From contig JBBILD010000013.1 in assembly GCA_037445065.1 (NCBI GenBank), positions 34,992 through 98,991 on the forward strand: a DNA stretch of 64,000 nt, read 5' to 3'. Made by a program: the position numbers and the translations under genes. This document shows, piece after piece, positions 1 to 10,803 of the stretch (position 1 is its first letter; each line of letters begins with the position of its first letter). Under the pieces are notes generated by a model. That model ran no database searches. It was not told the DNA's origin and was given only the letters and a program-made list of their open reading frames with translations. The DNA is from Myxococcales bacterium (GTDB lineage Bacteria; Desulfobacterota; Binatia; HRBIN30).

Positions 1-2
1 AG

Positions 3-209
3 GATCGAGCCCTCGCTCTCGACGGCCGCACGCTGCTACCGACCCTGCCGTACCCGTATTCCGACGGCCGTTTCCGGGTAACCGTGGACCGCATCGAGCT
101 ACCCATCCGCTCTCCAGCAATTGACCTCACCGGGCCCTGGAACATGCGCCCGGATCAGATTGCGGACTTGGTCGGACTCATCCGCCTCACCGTGAGCGCG
201 CTCCGCTAA
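3..209 (+). CDS. 3' end of a hypothetical protein, truncated at the window edge
   Basis: Frame 3 is open from the window start to TAA at 207-209 (...DLVGLIRLTVSALR*) with typical high-GC codon use. Confidence 0.5.
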   Translation, partial: DRALALDGRTLLPTLPYPYSDGRFRVTVDRIELPIRSPAIDLTGPWNMRPDQIADLVGLIRLTVSALR

Positions 210-392
210 GGCACCGAGGTATGGGCAGACCACTCCTTACCCAGTGCGTACCGGGCGCACGTCTCCCATCACGGCACGCTGGCCCTGTTCCTCATGGCCG
301 CTTGGCGTTTTTCGGACAAGCTCGCTATAAGGGCCGCCGTTTTGCAGCTCGGGAGCGTATGCGTGCCTCGACGAGCAGCAGCAATTTTTTGA

Positions 393-1355
<963 letters not shown>

Positions 1356-1379
1356 ACACCGGCCGCGAGCGGAGGGAAC

Positions 1380-2555
1380 GTGAACGTCCACGAATACCAA
1401 GCAAAACAAGTTCTGGCCCGCTTCGGGGTGCGCGTCCCGCAAGGGCGCACAGCGAGCGACGCCGACGCAGCGGTGGAGGCAGCGCGAGCCATTGGTTTTC
1501 CCGTGGTCGCAAAAGCACAAATCCACGCAGGCGGCCGCGGCAAAGCCGGCGGCGTGAAGGTGTGCAAGGACGAAACCTCCCTGCGCACCTTTGTGAGTTC
1601 CCTTCTTGGCAAGCCTTTGGTGACCCACCAAACGGGGTCCGACGGCCGTGTCGTCCGCACGGTGCTTATCGAGCCGGCCTGTAACATTGCGCGCGAGTTT
1701 TACCTGGGCTTGGTGCTCGATCGCAGCCGCGGCTGGATCACTTTGATGGCCTCGGCGGAGGGCGGGGTGGAAATCGAAGAGGTCGCGGCGCGCTCTCCCG
1801 AAAAGATCCTGCGCGAGCCGATCGATCCTGCAGTGGGCGTGCAACCGTTCCAGGCGCGGAAAATCGCCTTTGGCCTCGGCCTGCCGAAGGACAAGGTGGC
1901 GTCCTTGGTGCAATTGGTGGACGGCCTCTACCGCGCCTATACGCAGACGGACGCTTCTCTGGTCGAGATCAATCCCTTGGTGCTCACCGCCGAGGGCGAG
2001 CTGCTCGTGCTCGACGCCAAAATGAGCTTTGACGACAACAGCCTCTTTCGCCACCCCGAAGTGCGCGAGCTGCGCGACGTGCACGAGGAGGATCCACGCG
2101 AAGTCGAAGCCTCGAAGTACGACCTCAACTACATCGCGCTCGAAGGGAACATCGGCTGCATGGTCAACGGGGCCGGCCTAGCCATGGCCACGATGGACAT
2201 CATCAAGCTCTACGGGGGGTCTCCCGCCAACTTCCTCGACGTCGGAGGCGGGGCCACGAAGGAAAAGGTCACGGCGGCGTTCAAAATCCTTCTCTCCGAT
2301 CCGAAAGTGCAGGCAGTCCTGATCAACATCTTTGGCGGGATCATGAAGTGCGACGTGATTGCTGAGGGGGTGGTCGCCGCGGCCCGTGAGGTCCAGTTGT
2401 CGGTACCGCTGGTGGTACGCCTAGAGGGAACCAACGTGGAGCTCGGCAAGAAAATCCTGGCGGAATCGGGGCTCGATATTATCCCCGCGGCCGACATGGC
2501 AGATGCCGGCCGCAAAGTCGTGGAGGTAGCCCAGCGCGCAGCCGGCTCGCGCTGA
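1380..2555 (+). CDS. sucC: Succinyl-CoA synthetase beta subunit
   Basis: [52 protein letters not shown]. Confidence 0.97.
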   Translation: MNVHEYQAKQVLARFGVRVPQGRTASDADAAVEAARAIGFPVVAKAQIHAGGRGKAGGVKVCKDETSLRTFVSSLLGKPLVTHQTGSDGRVVRTVLIEPACNIAREFYLGLVLDRSRGWITLMASAEGGVEIEEVAARSPEKILREPIDPAVGVQPFQARKIAFGLGLPKDKVASLVQLVDGLYRAYTQTDASLVEINPLVLTAEGELLVLDAKMSFDDNSLFRHPEVRELRDVHEEDPREVEASKYDLNYIALEGNIGCMVNGAGLAMATMDIIKLYGGSPANFLDVGGGATKEKVTAAFKILLSDPKVQAVLINIFGGIMKCDVIAEGVVAAAREVQLSVPLVVRLEGTNVELGKKILAESGLDIIPAADMADAGRKVVEVAQRAAGSR

Positions 2556-2848
2556 ACGAGGGGAGTCGGCGCGCCCAGCCGAGTCACCCCCGGCCACGAG
2601 GCCACAATTCAGCGCAGCGTTTTGTTCTCTGCCGCGGCCGTGACGCTGTGCGCACGGGCGCATGCGCCAGCGAAGCACTGCCCGGCTGCCACCCGTGCGC
2701 TCCCGCTTACGAGCGGTACTTCCATGCGCCTCGCGGCCTGCACCGCGGGATCGCCAGGATGTGGCTTCGAGACGCTGCTCTGCAGATGGCGCGCAGCCCG
2801 TTGCTCGCGCACTTCTTTGCCGCCCGGGCCTACGCCCGTACCGCTAGA

Positions 2849-3589
2849 CTATAGGTCAACGCGGACCACAGCGTTTCCGGGGCCGCTATCCTGTGCCACC
2901 AAGCGGCCGTCGAGGTACAAACGCGCGCGCAAGAAACGGCTGTCCGCTGCTCGCACGATGGCAGCGACTGTGTCGCGCGGTTGCGCGAAAAAGAGAATGG
3001 CGGGCGTACCCAACTCCGGCTCGTCCGTGGACGGCCGCCCGAGCAAGCGCGTGACCTCCGTGTCACCGATCGAGCCACTGAGCGCCACACCGAAGGTTCC
3101 GTTTCCGTGGAACACCGAACAGTCCGTCGCCCCAACCGTTGGCGCACACACATCTACGCGGGCCTCAGGCTCGGCCGGCACACCGGCAAGGCCCGGACTG
3201 CCCACCACGAACTCCTCGCCCACTCGGTCTATCACCGTGCTGCCCGGACCGCTCACCCCGGTGAGCCGGTAACGCACCAGGGCGGGGTTCGAATCCAACA
3301 AGCGCACGGTCATCGAAAAGGGTGCGGCTGCGTTTTCCACCAAGACGTTGACCGCCGCCACGGCCGTGATCGGCTGCCCTGCCAGCGAGCGGAACACCCG
3401 CCCGCCAGCGCGCACGTCTACGATCTCGAAGCGAATGGTTCCACCGAGCAAGGGCAGCACCTCGAAGCGAATCTCCGGCAGTTCCGGCGGGTTGCTGCCG
3501 GACTCGCCACAGCCGCTCCATACGCTAGCACTGGCCAGCAACCAGGCTGCACCGATACCTGCCCACGCCACACGAGCCCAACGACGCAT
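2849..3589 (-). CDS. Hypothetical secreted lipoprotein
   Basis: Start at MRRWARV; hydrophobic signal ending in lipobox-like VWSG-C; beta-rich mature region. Confidence 0.65.
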   Translation of the reverse strand: MRRWARVAWAGIGAAWLLASASVWSGCGESGSNPPELPEIRFEVLPLLGGTIRFEIVDVRAGGRVFRSLAGQPITAVAAVNVLVENAAAPFSMTVRLLDSNPALVRYRLTGVSGPGSTVIDRVGEEFVVGSPGLAGVPAEPEARVDVCAPTVGATDCSVFHGNGTFGVALSGSIGDTEVTRLLGRPSTDEPELGTPAILFFAQPRDTVAAIVRAADSRFLRARLYLDGRLVAQDSGPGNAVVRVDL

Positions 3590-3688
3590 TGCGCGCTCGT
3601 GTTCGCAGGGAAGCGCTCGCGGTGCAAGCGAGCGGCCTTCCGTTCCCGGCGTGCTTTCGCCCGCGGCTGGCGAAGCTAAGAAGCGTCC

Positions 3689-4057
3689 GTGACCCGAGAG
3701 CGGTTTGCCGAACTGGTCGAGGAAGCTTGGGCACAGCTCCCGCTCGAGGTGCTCGAGCGGCTGGAAAACGTGGTGCTGCTGATCGAGGACGAGCCTTCTC
3801 CGGAACTCCTCCGTTCTCTCGGATTTCATCCGCGCCACGATACCCTCTTTGGCTTGTTCCAAGGCGTACCGCTCAACCAGCGCGGCGCCTTTTTCGCCAA
3901 CCATCCGCCCGACTCGATCGTCATCTTCTACCGTCCGCTCGTACGCGCCTTTCGCTCAGAGGAGCGGCTGCGGCGTGAGATTCGGAAAACGCTGGTGCAC
4001 GAAGTCGGACACTTTCTCGGTTTCAGCGAGGCAGAGATTCGCCGCCTGGGATACTGA
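3689..4057 (+). CDS. Minimal zincin-like metallopeptidase (Zincin_1/DUF1025-like)
   Basis: LFGLFQGVP, PDSIVIFYRP and TLVHEVGHFLG (HExxH) in 122 aa. Confidence 0.88.
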   Translation: MTRERFAELVEEAWAQLPLEVLERLENVVLLIEDEPSPELLRSLGFHPRHDTLFGLFQGVPLNQRGAFFANHPPDSIVIFYRPLVRAFRSEERLRREIRKTLVHEVGHFLGFSEAEIRRLGY

Positions 4058-4112
4058 AGACTTGAAAATTCCCCTTGACCGAGAGCCTGAATTCGGCGAT
4101 CGTGTTGGCGCC

Positions 4113-4463
4113 ATGGCCCGCTGGGGTTGGCTCCTCTGCTTGCTCGCGCTGATCGGCTTTTTGCCGATCGAGGGCGCGTTTGCCTGCAGCAAGAGCCGTT
4201 GCCCCGAGAAAAGCGTCCAGCAGCACAAGTGTTGTGAATCCCAGCAGCGCTGGGAAGCGCTTTCTTGCTGTTGCACCACGTCGGTCCCAGCCCCCACCCG
4301 AGCGAATCACCCGCTGCCCGAGCGCAGCGCAACTTCTGTCGCTCTTCCAGCGGCGGCGGTGGCGGAGGCAGTGGCAAGCGCGCTGTGTGGCGCCCGCCTG
4401 AATCCGCCAGCTCGGGTTTCGAGCACCTCTCCGATTCAGCTGCGGGTCCGTCTCCTCCTTTGA
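4113..4463 (+). CDS. Cys-rich signal-peptide leader protein upstream of cusCBA (putative metal-sensing upstream ORF)
   Basis: Signal peptide ending AFA; 9 Cys including CC and CCC; Ala/Pro-rich linker; PP near the hydrophobic C-terminus. Confidence 0.7.
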   Translation: MARWGWLLCLLALIGFLPIEGAFACSKSRCPEKSVQQHKCCESQQRWEALSCCCTTSVPAPTRANHPLPERSATSVALPAAAVAEAVASALCGARLNPPARVSSTSPIQLRVRLLL

Positions 4464-4545
4464 GGGAGGGGTGTGCCCGGCGTCCGCCGGGTGCACGTCC
4501 GTTTCCGCCCTGACCGGGGCACCGATCCCACCAACGAGGAGGAGA
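4451..4545 (+). promoter_or_regulatory. Putative anti-SD/SD translational switch
   Basis: TCTCCTCCT (4451-4459) is the exact reverse complement of AGGAGGAGA (4537-4545, the cusC RBS); a GC-rich hairpin at 4471-4496 lies between them. Confidence 0.5.
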
Positions 4546-4549
4546 AATC

Positions 4550-5911
4550 ATGGCCGCAGTGCCGAATCGGCTGCTGCTTGCAGCCACAGGATTGTTGCTT
4601 TCCGGCTGCGCATTGTTGCCGCCGGGGTTCGAACAAGAAGTCGCACGCCAGCAGGAGTTCGCTGTTCCCAGCGAGCCGCCAGCCGCTCCTTTACCGGACG
4701 AAACCCCGGTGGGCTGGCAAGACCTCGTTCGCGTAGCATGGGAGCGCAACGGCATGGTGGCTGCCGCCTACCACGAGTGGCAAGCTGCGCTGGCGCGGGT
4801 GAGAGTGGCAGCCTCCTACCCGAACACCAACGTACACCTGGGGGTGGATTACCGGGTCGGCAGCGGCGGTGATGCGGCCGCGCGCACCGGCATCTCGCTC
4901 GGCAACGACCCGATGACCAACCTGGCACTGCCCGTAAAAGTGTCCGCTGCCGCAAAGGCCCAACTCGCGGAGGCGCGCGCCGCCGGGGAGCGCTACCGCG
5001 CTCGCCGCCTCGCCGTTCAAGAAGAGGTGCTGCGCCAGTACTTCGCGTGGGCAGGCAAAGAGCGGTTGCGCCAGCTCGAAGAGGAGCGCCTGCACTGGCT
5101 CGATCTCGCCCTTGCCAGTACCCGCGCTCGTTATGCAGCCGCGCGCGAGGTGCGGCAAGCCGAGTTGGCACGAGCGGAAAGCGAGCGAGCCGCCGCAGAG
5201 GATCGTGCGCGGCGCTACCAAGCCGAGGCAGCCGCCATCCAACACGAACTGAACGCGCTGGTCGGCCGCTCGCCATCCGCTCCCCTTGCCCAGCCCCCCG
5301 CCCTTCCCGCCCGCAGGCAATCGTTACCCGCCGAGCAACTCGTGGCTCTGGTCCGCCCTACCAGTCCCAGCATTCACGAGCGGCAAGAGGAAATGAGCGC
5401 GCGAAGCGAGTCGCTGCGCTGGGCCAAGTTGCAGTTTTTGCCCGACTTCAACCCGATGGCGGCGCTGAGCGGACAAGGCTTCGAAGCCGTCGGCGGCGCG
5501 CTCGTGCTGCCGTTGACGTGGCGCCGGCTGGCGGGCGCAGTGCAGGAAGCCGAGGCGCTGCTCGCGCAAAGCCGGCAGTTGCTCTTGCAGGAAGAGCGCG
5601 ACCGCCACGCGCAAGCTGTTGCAACGGCTCGACTGCTCGCCGACACCCAACGGCAGGCAGCCCTCTGGCAAGACACCCTGCGCTCACTGGCAACCATCGC
5701 CGCCAGAAGCGCGGAGGCCGAGTACCGAGCGGGGCGCGCGCCGCTTTCTGCTTGGGCGGAAGCGGAGGAGCGGAGACTCGCGGTCGAGCAGACCATCGTC
5801 GAGCTGGCTGTGCTCGAAGAAACGCTGTGGGCACGGTTGGAGAGCCTGGCCGGGGTCGAGGCACTGCCCCAAGCCTCGGACGTCGAGGAGGAGAGCCATG
5901 TGGCTTCCTAA
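4550..5911 (+). CDS. cusC: TolC-family outer membrane efflux protein (CusC-like)
   Basis: Lipobox LSG-C, helical OEP-like repeats, directly upstream of adaptor and RND genes. Confidence 0.82.
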   Translation: MAAVPNRLLLAATGLLLSGCALLPPGFEQEVARQQEFAVPSEPPAAPLPDETPVGWQDLVRVAWERNGMVAAAYHEWQAALARVRVAASYPNTNVHLGVDYRVGSGGDAAARTGISLGNDPMTNLALPVKVSAAAKAQLAEARAAGERYRARRLAVQEEVLRQYFAWAGKERLRQLEEERLHWLDLALASTRARYAAAREVRQAELARAESERAAAEDRARRYQAEAAAIQHELNALVGRSPSAPLAQPPALPARRQSLPAEQLVALVRPTSPSIHERQEEMSARSESLRWAKLQFLPDFNPMAALSGQGFEAVGGALVLPLTWRRLAGAVQEAEALLAQSRQLLLQEERDRHAQAVATARLLADTQRQAALWQDTLRSLATIAARSAEAEYRAGRAPLSAWAEAEERRLAVEQTIVELAVLEETLWARLESLAGVEALPQASDVEEESHVAS

Positions 5912-7358
5912 ACCCCAGGGCGTACGCTCGCATTGGCGGGGGAGAAAGCGGCCAGGGCAGCCTGGGCAGCGCTGCTTGTACTGGATCGTGCTGGTCTGCG
6001 CGCTGGTGGCCTGTGCACTCGTGCTCTCGGCCGCTGCGGCCTGCAGTGCCCTCGCCCAAGAGGGCGCTACGGGGGCAGCCGAACGCACCCTGTACACTTG
6101 CGCCATGCACCCGCAAGTCGTCCGCGACCAGCCCGGCCCTTGCCCGATTTGCGGGATGGAACTGACCCCACTGCCCGCGCAGCGCGTGCGGCAAGCCGCC
6201 GAGACAAAGAGCGAGCGCAAAGTGAAGTACTGGTGGGACCCGATGATGAACCCACCCTATATTTCCGATCGGCCGGGGAAGAGCCCCATGGGGATGGACC
6301 TCGTCCCGGTGTACGAAGACGAAGTCGTCTCCAATGAGGCGATCACCATAGACCCGCGCACCCGGCAGAACATGGGGGTGCGCACCGCTGCGGTCCTACG
6401 CGGGCCACTGCGCAAAACTGTGCGCGCCTACGCGCAAGTGCGCGAGCCCGAGGGGTCACGTCTGGACGTGGCCCTGCGAGTCTCTGGCTGGATCGAGCGG
6501 CTTTATGCCGACACGGAGGGTATGGAACTCGCGCCCGGGCAACCTTTGTTCGAGCTGTTCAGCCCCGAGCTGCAATCCGCAATCGAGGAGTGGATCGCCC
6601 TACAACCCAAAACCGGCATTCCACCCCACGCCAGCGAACTGCTCGCGGCGACGCGCCGCAAACTCCTGCAACTCGGATTGGATACGGATCAAATTGACGC
6701 CTTGGCCAAGTTGCCGCGGTCGCCGCATACGGTCACTTTTCGCAGCCCTGGTCACTTGCACGTGGTGGAGCGACGCGTGTTCGAAGGCGCCTATGTGAAC
6801 GCAGGGGAGACCGTGCTCCGCCTGGGCAGCCGCCAGCGCCTCTGGGTGGATGCGCGAATTTACGAGCAGGATCTGCCCTACGTGCGCGAGGGGCAAGAGG
6901 CGGAGGTGGAGTTCATCGCTCTACCGGGCGAAGTCGTGCGTGGCCATGTCTCATTCCTTCATCCCCATTTCGAAGGTCCGTCGCGAACAGGCATCGCGCG
7001 CATCGAGGTAGACAACCCGCAACACCGGCTGCGTGAAGGGATGTATGCCACGGTGCGCATCGTTCGCGAGCTCGTTCCCGAGACCACCCTGGTGCCACGC
7101 GAGGCGATCATTGATAGCGGCGTACGCAAGGTGGCGTTCGTGGATTTGGGGGACGGCCACTTCGAGCCGCGCCAGGTGGAGATCGGCGAGGCCGGAGAAG
7201 ACGGATGGGTCAGTGTTCGCCGTGGGCTTGCCCCGGGCGAGCGCGTGGTCGTGAGCGGCCAGTTCTTGCTCGACGTAGAAAGCCGGCTGCGTGAGGCAGC
7301 CCGCAAGTTCTTACCAGCGGAAGGTGCCGGAGGCGGCCATGGTGCGCACAGTCATTGA
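5898..7358 (+). CDS. cusB: Heavy-metal RND periplasmic adaptor (CusB-like)
   Basis: YTCAMHP...CPICGMEL and YWWDPMM...PGKSPMGMDLVP metal-binding modules; GWIERLY; SGQFLLDVES; His-rich tail. Confidence 0.9.
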   Translation: MWLPKPQGVRSHWRGRKRPGQPGQRCLYWIVLVCALVACALVLSAAAACSALAQEGATGAAERTLYTCAMHPQVVRDQPGPCPICGMELTPLPAQRVRQAAETKSERKVKYWWDPMMNPPYISDRPGKSPMGMDLVPVYEDEVVSNEAITIDPRTRQNMGVRTAAVLRGPLRKTVRAYAQVREPEGSRLDVALRVSGWIERLYADTEGMELAPGQPLFELFSPELQSAIEEWIALQPKTGIPPHASELLAATRRKLLQLGLDTDQIDALAKLPRSPHTVTFRSPGHLHVVERRVFEGAYVNAGETVLRLGSRQRLWVDARIYEQDLPYVREGQEAEVEFIALPGEVVRGHVSFLHPHFEGPSRTGIARIEVDNPQHRLREGMYATVRIVRELVPETTLVPREAIIDSGVRKVAFVDLGDGHFEPRQVEIGEAGEDGWVSVRRGLAPGERVVVSGQFLLDVESRLREAARKFLPAEGAGGGHGAHSH

Positions 7359-10300
7359 CCTGAGCTTGCGCAACCGCGGCTTGGTGGTGTTGCTGGTCGC
7401 GGCGCTGACCCTGTTCGGCTTACAGGCCATGCGCTCGATCCGCCTCGACGCCATCCCGGACCTCTCCGATGTCCAAGTGATCGTGGTCACCGAGTTTGCG
7501 GGGCAAAACCCCACCGTGGTGGATGACCAAATCACCTACCCCCTTGCCAGCGCTCTCCTCGTGGTGCCGAAAGCCACCACCGTGCGCGGCATCAGCATGT
7601 TCGGCCTGTCCTTCGTGTACGTGCTCTTCGAGGATGGCACCGACCTGTACTGGGCGCGCAGCCGCGTGCTCGAGTACTTGAACTACGCGCGCGACCGCCT
7701 GCCGCCTGGCGTGGAACCAAAACTGGGGCCAGACGCCACCGGCGTCGGCTGGGTTCTGCAGTACATCTTGTATCCCGGCTGGTACTGCGCATCGCACCCG
7801 CGCGGAATCTTCCGCGACCAAGAACGCGACCGCTGGTACGCGACCGAAGCCGACGCTCCTCCGAAGCGGCGGCGATTCCTCCAGCGCGTGCGTGCCTTCG
7901 AGGAGCCTGGGCTCTGCCCGCTCACGGGCGAGCCGCTCCTCCCTGCCGACCGCGATCTCTCTCAACTGCGCAGCCTGCAGGACTGGTTCTTGCGCTACCC
8001 TCTGGCCGCCGTGGAAGGCGTGAGCGAAGTCGCCTCCATCGGCGGTTACGTGCGCGAGTACCAGGTGGTCGTGCACCCGCATCGGCTGCACGCCTTTGGC
8101 ATTCGCCTGAGCGAGGTCGTGGAGGCCATCCAACGCTCGAACAACGACGTCGGCGGCTCGGTGATCGAGCTTGCCGAGAACGAATACATGGTACGCAGCC
8201 GCGGCTACTTGCGCGGCTTGCAGGACCTGCGCGCCATTCCCGTCGGCCGCGACCCGCAGGGCCAACCGATCCTGCTTGAGCAAGTGGCCGAATTCGAGAC
8301 CGTCGGCGAGACCCGACGCGGCGTCGGCGAGTTCAACGGCAAGGGAGAAGCCGTGGGAGGAGTGGTGGTGGCGCGTTTTGGAGAGAACGCGTATCAGGTG
8401 ATTCAAGCGGTCAAGCAACGCCTGCGCGAATTGGAAGACAGCCTGCCACCGGGTGTTTTCTTCGTCATCACGTACGACCGCTCGGCTCTCATCGAACGCG
8501 CGGTCGGGACACTGCGCCGCTCGTTGATCGAGGAAATGGCGGTGGTAGCAGTGGTGTGCTTCCTCCTCCTCCTCCACGTGCGCAGCACCTTGGTGGTGCT
8601 GTTCGTGCTTCCGCTCGGGCTGTTGGCCTCGCTGCTCGTGATGCAGCTCCTCGAGATCAACGCCAACATCATGAGCCTCGGCGGCCTGGCACTTGCGATT
8701 GGCGTGATGGTGGACTCCGCCATTGTGATGGTGGAGAACGCCAACGTCCACCTCGAGCGCGAAGCGGAGCGCGCCGAACAAGGGTTGCCGGTGCGCGAAC
8801 GCCTAGAAGTCGTTCGCGAGGCCGTCAGCGAGGTTGGGCCCAGCCTGTTTTTTGCACTGCTCATCATCACCTTATCGTTCTTGCCGATCTTCGCGCTCGG
8901 CGGGCAGTCGGGGCGGCTGTTCGGACCCCTGGCCTACACGAAAACGTTCGCCATGGCTGCCGGCGCGTTGCTGAGCGTGACCTTGATTCCCGCGCTCCTC
9001 GGAGTGCTGGTGCGCGGTCGCATCCCGCGCGAGGAACGGAACCCGTTTTCCCGGCTGCTGGTACGCGTGTATGAGCCCGCCTTCTGGGCGGTGCTGCGCT
9101 GGCCGTGGGTTACGGTGGCCGTCGTGCTGCTCCTTGGAGTGTCCGCCTACTACCCGTGGAGCCGCTTGGGGGAGGAGTTCATGCCAGCGCTGGACGAAGG
9201 CGACCTTCTCTACATGCCGACCACCGATCCCAGCATCAGCGTGACCAAAGCGCGCGAGATTCTGCAACAAACCGACGCCTTGCTGGCGGCCTTTCCGGAG
9301 GTGCGGACCGTTCACGGCAAAATCGGGCGCGCAGAAACCGCTACCGACCCCGCACCACTGTCCATGATCGAAACCGTCGTGCAACTGCACACCGACCCAG
9401 GGCGCTGGCGCAAGCGCAAGCTATCTCATGTTTTCAGTTCTTGGCCAGACTGGCTCAAGTGGCCTCTGACACACACTTTCTGGCCCGAAGAGCGCCGCAT
9501 TACCACAGAGGAACTGAAACTCGGCTGGGTGGACGCGGATGGGACCCGCCACCCGGGTCTGAACGAGGTGGTGCATTTCCCCGGACTCGCCAACTCCTGG
9601 CCTTATCCGATCGAAAATCGAATCAACATGCTGACCACCGGCGTGAAGACTCCGGTCGGCGTGAAAATCTTTGGTGCGGACCTCGAAGTGCTGAACCGGC
9701 TTGCCGAAGAAACGGCAACTGTCTTGCAGCAACGGGTACCGGGAACTCTGAGCGCCTACCCGGAACGGGCCATCGGCGGCTACTACCTGGACATCGAGGT
9801 GCGCCGCGACGAAGCTGCCCGCTACGGGCTCACCGTAGGCGCCGTGCAGGATGTGATCCAAACCGCGGTCGGGGGAAGGCGCGTCACCACTGCCATCGAA
9901 GGCCTCGAGCGCTATCCGGTGAGCGTTCGCTACCCGCGCGAACTGCGCGACGACCTTCCTGCCCTGCGCGACGTTCTGGTGGATCTCTCCCCGGAGGCTG
10001 CTGTTCCCCTCGGTCAGGTGGCCGACTTCCGCATCGTTCCGGGGCCGTCCATGATCCGTAGCGAGAACGCGCAACGCACCACCTGGGTGTACGTGGATAT
10101 CGCCGGGCGCGATCTGGGCGGCTACGTGCGCGAGGCAAAACGGGTTGTGGACGAACTCGTTCCTCTCCCCCCTGGTTACACCCGAATGTGGTCGGGCCGC
10201 TTCGAGGAGCTGGAAAAGGCAAACCGCCGACTGCTGGTCATCGTGCCCCTCACTTTGCTGCTAGTGGTCTTCCTTCTGTACCTGGCCAACCGGAGTTGGA

Positions 10301-10749
10301 CTCGCGTCGCCATTGTCCTGCTCGCCGTTCCCTTTAGCTTGGTGGGCTCCCTTTGGTTCCTGTGGGCACTCGACTACAACTTGAGCCTCGCGGTGTGGGT
10401 TGGGATCATCGCCCTCCTGGGGCTCGACGCGGAAACCGGGCAGGTCATGCTCCTCTATCTGGATCAGGCTCTCGAACGGCACCGCCAAGCCGGGCTCTTG
10501 CGCACCCGCGCCGATCTCCTCGAGGCCATCCACGCAGGCGCCGTGCGCCGCATCCGACCCAAGTTCATGACGGTGGCGACCGCGTTTTTTGCCCTCCTGC
10601 CGCTATTGTGGGCCAGTGGCACGGGCGCGGAGGTCACGCGCCGCATCGTGGCGCCCATGATCGGTGGGATCGGGGTGAGCTTTGTGATGGAGCTGCTCGT
10701 CTATCCTGTCATCTTCTTCTTGCTCCACCGCAGGCACCTGCCCGCGTGA
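7339..10749 (+). CDS. cusA: Cu(I)/Ag(I) RND efflux transporter CusA
   Basis: LDAIPDLSDVQV, DLYWARSRVLEYL, GPDATGVGW; Met-triad equivalents LYMP, PLSMIET, RINML. Confidence 0.95.
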   Translation: MVRTVIDLSLRNRGLVVLLVAALTLFGLQAMRSIRLDAIPDLSDVQVIVVTEFAGQNPTVVDDQITYPLASALLVVPKATTVRGISMFGLSFVYVLFEDGTDLYWARSRVLEYLNYARDRLPPGVEPKLGPDATGVGWVLQYILYPGWYCASHPRGIFRDQERDRWYATEADAPPKRRRFLQRVRAFEEPGLCPLTGEPLLPADRDLSQLRSLQDWFLRYPLAAVEGVSEVASIGGYVREYQVVVHPHRLHAFGIRLSEVVEAIQRSNNDVGGSVIELAENEYMVRSRGYLRGLQDLRAIPVGRDPQGQPILLEQVAEFETVGETRRGVGEFNGKGEAVGGVVVARFGENAYQVIQAVKQRLRELEDSLPPGVFFVITYDRSALIERAVGTLRRSLIEEMAVVAVVCFLLLLHVRSTLVVLFVLPLGLLASLLVMQLLEINANIMSLGGLALAIGVMVDSAIVMVENANVHLEREAERAEQGLPVRERLEVVREAVSEVGPSLFFALLIITLSFLPIFALGGQSGRLFGPLAYTKTFAMAAGALLSVTLIPALLGVLVRGRIPREERNPFSRLLVRVYEPAFWAVLRWPWVTVAVVLLLGVSAYYPWSRLGEEFMPALDEGDLLYMPTTDPSISVTKAREILQQTDALLAAFPEVRTVHGKIGRAETATDPAPLSMIETVVQLHTDPGRWRKRKLSHVFSSWPDWLKWPLTHTFWPEERRITTEELKLGWVDADGTRHPGLNEVVHFPGLANSWPYPIENRINMLTTGVKTPVGVKIFGADLEVLNRLAEETATVLQQRVPGTLSAYPERAIGGYYLDIEVRRDEAARYGLTVGAVQDVIQTAVGGRRVTTAIEGLERYPVSVRYPRELRDDLPALRDVLVDLSPEAAVPLGQVADFRIVPGPSMIRSENAQRTTWVYVDIAGRDLGGYVREAKRVVDELVPLPPGYTRMWSGRFEELEKANRRLLVIVPLTLLLVVFLLYLANRSWTRVAIVLLAVPFSLVGSLWFLWALDYNLSLAVWVGIIALLGLDAETGQVMLLYLDQALERHRQAGLLRTRADLLEAIHAGAVRRIRPKFMTVATAFFALLPLLWASGTGAEVTRRIVAPMIGGIGVSFVMELLVYPVIFFLLHRRHLPA

Positions 10750-10803
10750 GGCATTCGCCAATGTTTGCTGGCAATAGTACGCTCGTCCGAGCGAGGAGGA
10801 CCC

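Noticed and set aside
4062..4093. CueR-type promoter (TTGAAAATTCCCCTTGACC... resembles E. coli PcopA)
   Set aside because: The right half of the dyad is missing and the spacer does not fit; probably an ordinary promoter region
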